A DNA stretch of 64,000 nucleotides, taken from Eledone cirrhosa (taxonomy: Eukaryota). The notes under the pieces were generated by a model that was not told the DNA's origin, did no database searches, and worked only from the letters and a program-made list of their open reading frames with translations. The stretch covers positions 234,360,001 through 234,424,000 of the forward strand of contig OZ024742.1 in assembly GCA_964016885.1 (NCBI GenBank), given 5' to 3'. The position numbers and the translations under genes are program-made. Shown piece by piece: positions 38,340 to 49,509 of the stretch. The first letter of the stretch is position 1. Each line of letters opens with the position of its first letter.

Positions 38340-39075
38340 GAGCCATCAGGTGGATTGGGTGGTTAATCTATTGAAGGTCCCGTTTCTGAATCTGGTCATT
38401 GTCAAGATAACGCTCCCTAACCCTGCTCTCTGCTGGAATCTAAAATAGGTGAAAACATAGTTTTGACGCCTATGTACATGGGCTGATTATACAGCAGGTG
38501 CCAAGGAACATGGTCATATGACTTTTCAAGGTCGACAAAACAAGAATATACTTCTTGGCAATACTCCCACGATTTCTCAAATATCTATCGCAGTGTGAAT
38601 ATTTAGTCGGTTGTGCTGTGTCCAGCTCAAAAAGCACACTGTTCATCAGCTAGTTTTGACTCGATAATCTCCCTGCATCACTTTGCCAGTTCTTAGCATG
38701 AACTTTATTGAGGAGGCTTAACTTGGAGGTCCCTCTGTAATTGGAACAATCTCTCTTGTCTCACTTTTTGAAAATTAGGATTATCACTCCCTATTTCCAT
38801 TGCTTAGGTGCCTTTCCAGAGATCCAGTCACCTGGCACACACAAGTCAGCCAGAGAGTACCTTCTTGCCACATTTGAGCTCTTTAACTGCTCTTGTGACT
38901 TCATTCTCTGAGAGATTAGTCACTCCCAGATGCACCTCGTGTTCATCCAAAGATGCTATTGTGATCGGTTTTAGAAGATCAGCAAAGTATTCTCTCTACC
39001 TCTTTGAAGAGAGGATAACCTCAAGTGTATTCTTGATAGCTGGTGTAGAGGAGAGCTTCTTATTACGATTTGGAA
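38340..39075 (-). mobile_element. RTE-type LINE RT fragment
   Basis: Minus strand EVYSCFVDLEKSYDHVP plus degenerate upstream RT motifs; same family as 55180-56540. Confidence 0.7.
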
Positions 39076-39084
39076 GATGGTCTA

Positions 39085-39700
39085 CCAGAACACCTTATTT
39101 CCTAAACAAGGTTTCATGGCTCTGATAATGTAAATTTGGAAGGAGGATGGAAACCCACTATTCAGGTGTGGCGCCAGAAATGACTGCACAGGTGGGAGTG
39201 GGGATACTCACAAGCCCCCGGTTGTCAGAATGCATTATGGACTGGATTCGATTAGGAGGGAGGATTTGCCTTTTGAAGCTTAGGCTGAAAAATAAGTCTC
39301 TGTGGGTGGTGCAAGTTTTTGTACCAAACAGGGAGTCCAAATACAGGTCCTTCCTTGATGAAGTCACTGTAACATTAGCTGTACTTAAGACTGAGTCATA
39401 TATCCTGATGGGAGACTTCAATGCACATGTTGGCACTGATGACCTGACATGGAAAGGCGTGACTGGAATGGATGGTGACCCCGATCTAGACTTCTATTCT
39501 AGCAATGGACTCTCTATTATGAACACCTTCTTCCAACACAGAGACATCCATAAATATATAAGGGGGGGGGGGGGGGTCAGGGACAGAGATCAATAATTGA
39601 TTTTGTTATTGTCTCTGATCTCTTTGATTCTGTGTGGATGATCTTGTTAAAAAAGGGGCTGAGCTGTCAACTGATCTCCATCTAATTATCTGCAACTTTA
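39085..39700 (+). mobile_element. RTE-type LINE AP-endonuclease fragment
   Basis: ORF 39147-39596: HYSGV..VGVGIL, MGDFNAHVG, IMNTFFQH, followed by IDFVIVS. Confidence 0.8.
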
Positions 39701-39942
39701 TATAATTCCCTAATGAATTTGAGTGCCTACCAAGAATGTTCTAAACCTCCATACACACACACTATGTGGAAGATGAACGTTAAACGATGATGATGATGAT
39801 ATATATATATTATTTTTATAAATGTTTTAAGAATATATTTCCTGTTACTCCCACTACTTTGATAAGCAAAGAGAAAATTTCTCCTATCACAACTAAGATG
39901 TTACTATTGTTTTTGTTTATTGTTGTTACTTAAATGCTTCCA

Positions 39943-41265
39943 ATCTAAACTATAATAAAGCAAGGGCTGCGGAACTGCGTACGGTTTATTTCTTTTAATC
40001 CAGTTAGTAAAATAAGTTGGATTACTTTGAATAAATAATGAATGAATATTACATAATTTATGTGCTAAATTTCGTAAACAAATAATTTCATAAAAATAAA
40101 TAATCTAAAATTGACTTCTTTTCAAAGTTGCACTTCCGGTATATAGTCGCCACCACCACCACTTCTACTACCATATATATAGAAAGAGAGAGTGTGTGAT
40201 GAGAGAGATAATGATTTTCTACACACTGGCGCGTATGAGTGTGCATATACATACATCTATATGTATGAGTATATAACTATTATGAGTATCTAAACTATAA
40301 TAAAGTAAGCAGCGCGGGGTTGCGTACGGTTTATAATTTTTTATCCCATTAGTAAAATAAGTTGGATTACTTTCAATAAATAATGAATGAATATTACATA
40401 ATTTATCTACTAAATTTCGTGGCTGTTGATTAAATATATTTTGTTTATTTAAAGATTCACTTCTTTAAAATTTCTGAAATGTCAACACTTCCGTTTGGCC
40501 ATCGCTTAAATAAACATACTAAATACATTTTTTTAAAAACAGATTTACAGTTTTTAAACAACAGAAAAAAAATTCTTTAAACAATATATTGTTGCGATAT
40601 ACTGTTTAAAATTTTTCGAACCATTTACCTTCGTGACGTATCGTGTAGTGGGTGGAGCTAATAATTGAATGTTGATGATGATAGTTTAGGACACTAAAAC
40701 CAAGTATCGCCGAGGGTTTTATTTCTTTTGATGGAAAACAGTGACCGTACTGCAGAATCGATTCAATAAAAGGGTACTGTATGATCGTTAAATGTCGAAG
40801 GATGATAGTTTATTAACAGCGAAATAGCAATGTCGATGATTATGAAATTGTAAATAAGACAAAAGTATTAGAACAGGGGGAAATAACTCACAGAACGCGA
40901 TAGTTTGGGGGCCCCAGGGACCACATTTTTCAAGTTAGAGATTTGAAACCTCGTCTATTTGCTTTCTTGGCACTTTTTACATAGGTGTGTAAATTTTCAT
41001 GTCAGTCCGACCACGTCTACTACCATTTAACCGTGCACATCTGAATTTCAACCACCGCCCATTTCACAAATATATATTAGATATCGCTTTTTTAATGTAT
41101 CATGGATTATGTTACTGATTAAATAAGACAGTGTAACGCAGTCTTCGTTCAATTTCTATGTATTATATATTGTCAATTACGATTTTATTTGATGTATCAT
41201 ATCTACATATCATATCAATATACACACTACACATGCTAGCAGAAAACCGGGTGGTTTTTCTGCTA
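39943..41265 (+). mobile_element. Non-autonomous Helitron-like element with duplicated 5' end
   Basis: TCTAAACTATAATAAAG at 39943 and again at 40289, each followed by ~130 bp of shared sequence; 3' end ...TTTCTGCTAG|T. Confidence 0.55.
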
Positions 41266-41779
41266 GTATAACTATAATGGCGCCAACACAAACTTATGAA
41301 AATACACACGCACGGACATAATTCACACAAATACTCATACATTCACACATCCATTTACCCAAACACACACATACAGTCATGATAGCGTTCGGTTTAATTG
41401 GAAATGGGAGGGTAAAACAAGTATAACGTTTTATTTATTTATTAAGTCTTTTTTTAAAACTCATTTAATATAACTATCAGAAAAACCACCCATGGGTGGT
41501 TTTCTGCTAGCTTGTGTAGTGTGTATATTGATATTATACGCAAGTATATATGCATGTAGATATGATACATCAAATAAAACCGTAATTGACAATATATAAT
41601 ACATAGAAATTGAACGAAGACTGTGTTACACTGTCTTCTGTAATCAGTAACGTAATCTATGATACATTAAAAAAAGACGATATTATATATCTGCTAGCAT
41701 GTGTAGTGTGTATATTGATATTATACGCATGTAGATATGATCAAATAAAATCGTAATTGACAATATACACAGAAATTGA

Positions 41780-41970
41780 GCGAAGTATGGTCCGTATTGC
41801 GCATGCGCGAAGCTGATGCACATGCACAAAGGCTGGTCCGAATGCGCATTCGCGAAGTCTGATCCGTACAGCGCATGCGCGAAGTCTGGTCCAAAGTGCG
41901 CATGCGCAGAAGCTGGTAAGAAGTGCGCATGCGCGAAGGCTGGTCTGTACTGCACAAGCACGAAGGCTTG
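41780..41970. repeat. Degenerate ~29-bp GCGCATGCGCGAAG minisatellite
   Basis: About 6 units visible. Confidence 0.8.
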
Positions 41971-42532
41971 TGTTCTTAAATAAGTATGTTCATAATAAGT
42001 TCTTCAAGAACAACAGTATCAACAATGGAACAACTATACATATTTTGTCAGAGTTAATTTTGTTTTTGCTCTATATATATGGCAGTAGGGATGTTGATAA
42101 AATAAGTGTGTAATATAACGATGTTTTAGATTAAATCAGCTATATCCTATACCTTCTGTTACTAAACAACTAAGGTTGTATCTTACTAAAAGAAATCCTG
42201 TTAAACATCACTTGATTAAATGCATTCCTAGATATCATTATCATCTTTTTACAGCCATTTTTTCTGACTTGCATGGGTTGGATGGGCTGTTTCTAGCACA
42301 GCATCCCTCCACTTCTTGTTCTTGCAGTCATTCATCATCTCCTCTTTGAACTTCAGCGATTTGAGATCAACTCGCACAACCTATGTTCAGGTCCACCTTG
42401 AACCCCCTCTATTCCAGCTTCCTTCCACTAGGATTTCTAGGCACTTCTTTACCCAATGATCATCATCCATATGCATCATATGTCTATATATTGTCTGTAT
42501 TAAGACAATTAACCCCACTTATCCAAGATTAC

Positions 42533-42780
42533 TAATAATAATAATAATGATTTCTTTATTAACCACAAGGGTTTACATAAAGTAGACATTAAGGACAGTG
42601 CAGGACAATGCAGGACGGTACAAATGGGCATTTCTGCGTGTAAAAAAAACAAAAATAGAGGATGTAACAAAAATAACAATGAAAATAACAATGAAAAATT
42701 CCCCAATAGGGGGGAGACTTCGGAGGGACATTTGTGGAGAAAGCCCAGTAAAAAGCCACAATGACCCTGACCACCAAGGT
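42533..42780 (-). mobile_element. Tx1/L1-type LINE 3' UTR fragment
   Basis: Reverse complement resembles 20380-20614 and 23020-23390, with an (ATT)n tail. Confidence 0.75.
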
Positions 42781-45677
42781 GGGGAGAGAGGAAAGTTGAT
42801 TATATTGGCTCCAGTTCTAGACTGGTACTTTATTTTATTGTTGACCTTGGCAGGATTTGATCTCAACATAAAGAGGTGTAACAAATGCTTCAATAAAAAA
42901 GCCTTGCAATATCTCTCTATATAAGCTGTTATATATTTTGTGTAGTCATGCTGGAAAGAGTGAGAGAGAGTAGTGATAGCGACAATATCAAAGTTGTTTC
43001 TTTTTAATCCTACATTATAAGAAGTCTTTAAAGAATGATAGTGGTGGTAGTGGCAATGCCATAATATGTATATATATATATATTTTTTTTTGATCATTTG
43101 TATATATACATATATATATAATTTATAAATAAAACATTTAAAATGTCTTATTGATCTTTAATACTTATTGGTTATTTCTAATTAAGCCATATATAATTTC
43201 CACGGGGTCAGCTAGTTTAGTTATATTTCTTTGTGGTCTGAATCTGAATCTCACTATTGTTAACTTCATATCCAATTAGCTTTGTGCTTGATGACAGAAA
43301 TCACCATAATTGAATGTGATGTAAGTTTTACGATTGCATTCAGATTCTCATTTGGCCTTGCTTCGCTTGTATCACTACACTTCTTTGGTAAGGTATCAAT
43401 ATTTTCCTCTGTATAAATCTGTAAAGATTAGAAAAAAATCATCATTAATTCTATAAATGTGATGAATTTAGCAGTCAAGAAGGAACTAGTATAAGAGTAT
43501 CTCTGTTTTGATAAATGTAGGTGCCATTCAGTCACGAATGACCATGGTTTTGCACTTGAAAAGTTCACCTCAGAGGCACAAGCCTGGACAAGTGGAAGAC
43601 CAGCAGTCGCCCATGCATGCCTGTCTCCCCTCACCAGGATAACGATGTTGTCGAAGGGAAAGGCAATGGCTTGGCACAACTCATTTCTACAGTTGAGTGA
43701 ACTAGAGCAACATGAAATAAAGTGTTTTACTCAAGAACACAATGCACCACCCGGTCTGGGATTTGGACTCACAATTTTATGATTGTGAGTTAAATGATCC
43801 AACCACTAAGCCATGCACCTTTGATAAATATAATTTATATAATTGTATATAAACACAGTTTATAAATAAAAATCATATATAAAAGAAAGCAAGATAGTTA
43901 TTTTGTTTTTAAAATGGTGAGAGACACAATCACGCGGCAAATCAAGGGACGCTGAAAATTCGCTCTAATAAATTTTGAAGTAAACCAATACATGGGTCGT
44001 AACATGGCTAAGGCACTGGATTAATCAAGCACCCTCACGGGCATTACCTGATACGTCGGTATGGCGAGTTACCAGCAATAACAAGAACTTTGTTGTCAAT
44101 GGCCCAGCTCCCCACAACATCTTAAACACCACAGGCTGGAAAAGAAAAAAAATGTTGCTGATAATTTCAACTATTTTAGAATTTTATTCTCTTCGACTTT
44201 GGATGCAATGACCCCTTACTTTTACCGTAGCATCCAGGATGTGAGAAGGAGCAGAAGACAATATTATGTTACTCGAGGCACGTAATTACTGCTCAAATTG
44301 GTAATTTTGATTTGGAAAAAAAAATTGGATTAATATCTACTTATCCTCTTATCTTTTGCCCTCAATATAATGCTGCGCAAGTAACAAGATATGAAGTACT
44401 AAACCTCCGAGTGATTTAATATTTTATCGACTGTATCTACACACCTCTCCAACCTCGTTGCATTGTGTTTTGAAATGGTGTTCCAACCAGGCAGGTTGGG
44501 TGGCAGGTACTTCTATAGATTAAAACAGCTGTAGTTCTGTAATATAAAGCTTCTGGTCTTTAATTTTACAGCTTGCAACATGTAAAGCCTCTTATCTTTC
44601 GTAGAAGCAAAAGAGCTGTTGTATCTGGTTTATTTTTTATTTCTAACTTTTATTCTAATACCAAAATAGTTAGCTACTTGTAAATGTTGTATATTAACAT
44701 AAGTTCACCATTGCTTACTTGTTTGTATACAAAATAATAATAACTTCCATACTAAATTACACACATTATTTTAAGTGTACCTGTACTGTTGTTGCTGTTA
44801 ACATCTACGTCATTATTTAATGTTAATGCTAACTTCTACACCCCCACCACACTACACTGTTGTTTTTGCTACAGCAACTAACCTACTTTTTTCTATAGAT
44901 TAGGATCAGTTTAGTTGCGCTAGAGAACAGAAAAGCAAAGCGGCCTGCAAATTGTTCCACGAATAACTTTTATCTTCTTTTATCAAAATATATGTTTATA
45001 TTTGCAATGTTTGTTACAAATGCCTACTCTAAATAGCAGACATGATTTAAAGGAAGAGGGACAGGAACAACATCAATAACAAAACAGTTTCCATGTCCAT
45101 AATATACTAACAGAACCAAATAATCAATTTTTCAGAAGAAAGACTAGCTACATGAAGAAATATTGTGTAAAATTATTTCTTGAGAATTCTTTCGTTGATT
45201 TTATTATATTTCGCTTTTGCTTCTTTTTTGTTTGTTAAAATGATATGAAAACATGCTCTTAAACTAGTAATATTTATTGAGCAATTGTTAAAATTTGGCT
45301 ATCTGCACGAATCTAGTGAACATGCTAAACAAAGTTTGTTTAGGTGTGTTGGAAAAAAACAAACAAAATCATCAATCATTTTAGATGGGGTTTTTTCAGC
45401 AAATAACCCCAATCGTTTGAAATGTCAATTTTTATTTATTTTGAAAAGCTCAGACAACCATTCATATCTTCAAATTCTAATGTTATTTTGCATAACATCT
45501 TGGATCAACTTTTAAAGCAAGGCACTAGCCAGACAACCACGAAGTAGGTTTGCTACGTATCTACAGATCAGTAAAGCACCTAAAATATTCCACTGAGTGT
45601 TTGATATTTATGCTTAGAATTTTATTTCAAGCTTCTGCACCTTTGTGGTATTATATGCCATTATCATGATTGTTCTA

Positions 45678-45866
45678 AAGTGGATTGGCAGTATCGGTAG
45701 AGGGTCGGACGTCATGCTTTGACGCATAGAGTTACGGCCCTTTCCATTCTGAGTTCAAATCCCACCGAGGTCAACTTTGCCTTTCATCCTTACGGGGTCG
45801 ATAAAATAAAGTACCAGTAATGTACTGGGTAATTACTGGCCTTGTGCCAAAAGTAGAAACAATTAT
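45678..45866 (+). mobile_element. tRNA-derived SINE with target-site duplication
   Basis: Flanked by direct repeat ATTATCATGATTGTTCTAAAGT (45660-45681 and 45862-45883). Confidence 0.9.
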
Positions 45867-46111
45867 CATGATTGTTCTAAAGTTTAAAGTCTGTTTTAAG
45901 CCTGGAGGCTATTCAGGCTGGTGCTTAACCTGGTTTCTGTAGTGTTATGCAATTGAGAATTCAAGACTCCCTTCTGGATAGGATACCAGTGCATCGCAGG
46001 GTTAAACCCCCAACTACTGCTGGTACTCATTTTCAGCTGAGTCTACTAGAGCCTTGTGAAATGAAGTGTTTTGCTCAAGAACACAACATACAACATTATG
46101 ATAAGTTCAAC

Positions 46112-46302
46112 ATGGGCAGTGGATTGGCAATATCGGTAGAGGGTCGGACGCCATGCTTTGCAGAAAAGAGTTACGGCCCTTTATGGTCTGAGTTCAAATC
46201 CTGCCGAGGTTAACTTTGCCTTTCATCCTTACGGGGGTCGATAAAATAAAGTACCAGTAATGTACTGGGTAATTGCTGGCCTTGTGCCAAAAGTAGAAAC
46301 AG
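46112..46302 (+). mobile_element. tRNA-derived SINE with target-site duplication
   Basis: Flanked by direct repeat TTATGATAAGTTCAACA. Confidence 0.88.
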
Positions 46303-46439
46303 TTATGATAAGTTCAACACACCATTAGGACACATGGCTTCACGTTTGTGGGTAACTTTTGATAGATTTCTCATTAAAAGAAGATGACATTTTATTTGAA
46401 AGAACAATAAAAGGATTGGGCAGGTTCTTTTCAGTACAA

Positions 46440-46960
46440 CATCTCTTCACTCATCACATATTCCTCTGCCCTTTCCCTGTGAGTTTCAGTGATTTGAGGT
46501 CATCTCTCACCACCTCCTCCCAGGTGTTCTTCGGTCTTCCTCTACTGTGGCTTCTTTTCACTGGGATTTCTTGGCACTTCATTCATGCACACCACATGCA
46601 CATACCAACACAGTCTTCTCCCCTGCACACTACTTTTAATTCCTCTTATACCCAGTTTATCTCTCAGTTCATCCAAACTTTGGTGTTCTTGCACAGTAAC
46701 ATTGTACATCTACTTGCTTCATTTCTATCCAGCCTTTGCATATTCTCTGCATACACTGCCTATGTTTCACTATCTTGCAACATCATACACAGGCATCATA
46801 CAGCCAATCTTTTGTTCATAGGTTCAACAGATGGAGTAGCTCCTTATCCTTATACTTATTCTAACTACTATGCTCTTGGAGCAACCTCCTCCACTACTAA
46901 TTGGATCAGCTAGGTAGCAGAAGCTAGCAACCATGTCTGTGGATCATTTCTGGGTTTGGA
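46440..46960 (-). mobile_element. Degraded 3' fragment of the RTE-type LINE family seen at 6584
   Basis: Minus strand gives GRPKNTWEEVVRDDLKSLKL and a degenerate MLQDSET motif. Confidence 0.55.
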
Positions 46961-47357
46961 AAAGGTTTATGTCATTGACATTCTTAGTATCAATTATCCC
47001 TCAACATCTTCAACATTTAAAGTCTCCTTTTCCTGTTACTCTCCCTCCTTTCCCACTACACCTCTTGTGTACCTAAGATTTACATTGTGTATATTATATA
47101 GAGTTTATGCCTACTCTTTTTCTACATATTGAGCAGGGCCACTTCCCTGATGGGACCAGGGCCATGTCTTCTTTCCTACTTACTAACACTTTGGTTTTTG
47201 CTAACTTCACTCTTAACCATTTATTCTACACTGAATATTGAACACTCTTTTTTGCCTTCTTGTCCATGTAATTCTTTGTGTTATAATGCTAAACACAGAG
47301 CGAGACACACACATATGTGTATATGTATATAAAATTAAAAGCCGATTGACATATATA

Positions 47358-48640
47358 CAGGGTGTGGACGATATTTGTTCGCAAGATTACTGTCTAGGAA
47401 AAAATAACACAGTAGTTTTATTTTTTAAGATATATTTATCAAACTTTGGTCAGTTTGTCTTCATGACTTCTTCTTTCGATCTCACCCAATAAACCTGCCA
47501 TTGGCTTTGATGACAGCTTCTAGGCGGCCTCGGATCCGGCTACAGGCCTTCGTCACTGTCCCCCGACTTAGGCCCCTAAAGGCACTTGTGATCCTGGCCT
47601 TCAGATCGTCTTTTGTATTGCAGCTAGATCTGTTGGTGTCTGGTTCCACTGCGCCCCACACAAAGAAGTCGAGGGGGTTGCAGTCAGGTGAAGTGTGGTC
47701 GACGAAGTTCTCTGACAGCCAGGCTTAGGTCTTTCGGCTGGTATGGCAGGGCGCTGAGTCTTGTTGCCACACGTACGGCTTACCTGCAGTTACCTGGTCG
47801 ATCCACAACTTTTCTACCTCACCCAGAACGCGGATGTAGCCATCGGTGTTCAGCTTGAGGCCCTCAAGGAAGAAGTGAGGTGGCATGACGTCACCTTGAC
47901 TGCTGACGACACCTAAGACCAATGTTGTCACTGGAAACTTTGACTGCATGACTCTGGGAACATCTTTGGATGAGACAGCGAGCGACCTGTTGTTCTGGGA
48001 GTTGATCTTCTGGTCTTGGCAGAAGTTTTTCTCGTCAGAGAAAAACCACAGCATGTCTGGCTCCAGTGGGTGTTTCAACTTGTTGATCAGCTTCTTTGTG
48101 TGCTTCAGTCGCTTTTCTTGCATTGCCTTTGACAGAAATTGTCCTTTCCTCATCTTGTATTAAACGTAGTGAATGTCTTCATGTACCACCAGCCTAATGA
48201 GCTTTTCATCCACGCCTTTCTCCCTTGCAATGGCACACATCGACTTGCTAAGTTCATTGTTGATGATATCCTGAACTTCAGCGACGAACTCGGGCGTTCT
48301 GAAGGCGCCAGATCGTTGATCATGTGTTTTCCTCTCTGATGTTGCTTCGTAGTAGAATCCTGAATCTTCCAATTCCATTCTGACCTTTTCCACCATTCTC
48401 CTGCTGACACTGAGAAAGTCTGAAATTTCCTTATTTGTCCTCCCAGCGCAGATTCCAAGAAGAACTCCGTGCCTCTTCCACAAATTTGGAGGTTCAAAAT
48501 TATTCATAATCAATTATTCTCAAAATAAATAATGGAAATATAGTCACTGTTTTTATGAAGACAAGAATGACAATGGAAGTAAAAAAAATTTGCATAAAAT
48601 TAGCAGTTGAAAATTGCGAATAAATATCGTCCACACCCTG
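47358..48640 (-). mobile_element. Near full-length Tc1/mariner-superfamily transposon, maT (DD37D)-like, inactive
   Basis: 27-bp TIRs CAGGGTGTGGACGATATTT(G/A)TTCGCAA with TA flanks. Transposase motifs WFFSDEKNF, WQQDSAPCH and SPDCNPLDFFVWG; frameshift near 48155, in-frame stop at 47725-27 and an apparent ~7-codon deletion. Confidence 0.9.
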
Positions 48641-48706
48641 TATATATAAAATAAATACATCAAACAATTACAGGGGATAATTTGTAAAGAGTGTAAACAT
48701 ACATAG

Positions 48707-48739
<33 letters not shown>

Positions 48740-48906
48740 AGAAGGTAGTACAGCATAATCAAAGCTCTGGTTGCGGGCAAGCTAATGAATGCAGTTGGAA
48801 AGTGCATCCAAAAGCACTCAATAAGGAATTTTACCTTAGAGTTATAACATTACGTTTAGACAGCTATGCAAATTGAAGACAGCGACCGATATGCAAGCTG
48901 CTAGGT

Positions 48907-48986
<80 letters not shown>

Positions 48987-49147
48987 TATTTATTTATGTT
49001 CATAGCCATACAGTGTGTGTGTGTGTATGTATATCTATGTTCATATATGTATGTAAAAGGTAAACAGGAATAACAAAATTACCAAAACAAACGGCACAGT
49101 TACATGGAAGAAATATATAATTTAACACTTGAAATAACAGGAAGAGG

Positions 49148-49184
49148 GTCTTAACGTTTTGGACACTAGTCCTTCATCAGAAGA
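49148..49184 (-). ncRNA. Minimal hammerhead-ribozyme-like motif (PLE terminal-repeat type), probably inactive
   Basis: Minus strand TCTT-CTGATGA-A-GGAC-TAGT-GTCC-AAAAC-GT-TA-AGA. CTGATGA core, 4-bp stem II and palindromic AACGTT are intact; GAAA reads AAAA. Confidence 0.6.
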
Positions 49185-49433
49185 TAGAGTTAGAAATAGA
49201 AGATAAATAGAATGTAAAGAGTGATAAGAGGACGGAACGGGGAAAATGAGAAAAAGAATTGGGGAGAAAAAAAACACATGCATATTCAGTCAGCCAATGT
49301 GTGTTTCTCTGTGTGTGGCTGAGCAGATATTTATAAACACACTGTTTTGTTACAATAAGCCACTTTGTTAAATTATTTATTGCCTAACATACTATGTATT
49401 ATTTATTAATTTACTTCCTTTTTTTTTCAACAG

Positions 49434-49509
49434 CTTTTATATGGACTTTGGTCCCTTAAACCTTGGAATGCTCTACCGGTACTGCTGTAAACTAAACAAA
49501 AAGCTCAGG
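49434..49509 (+). CDS. CDC14: Cdc14 dual-specificity phosphatase, next internal coding exon (equivalent to exon 3)
   Basis: Polypyrimidine tract plus caacAG acceptor and GTaaag donor; 76 bp. The first C completes AA|C (Asn) from the previous exon, then [25 protein letters not shown], the Cdc14 FYxDFGPLNL...[11 protein letters not shown] motif. Confidence 0.95.
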
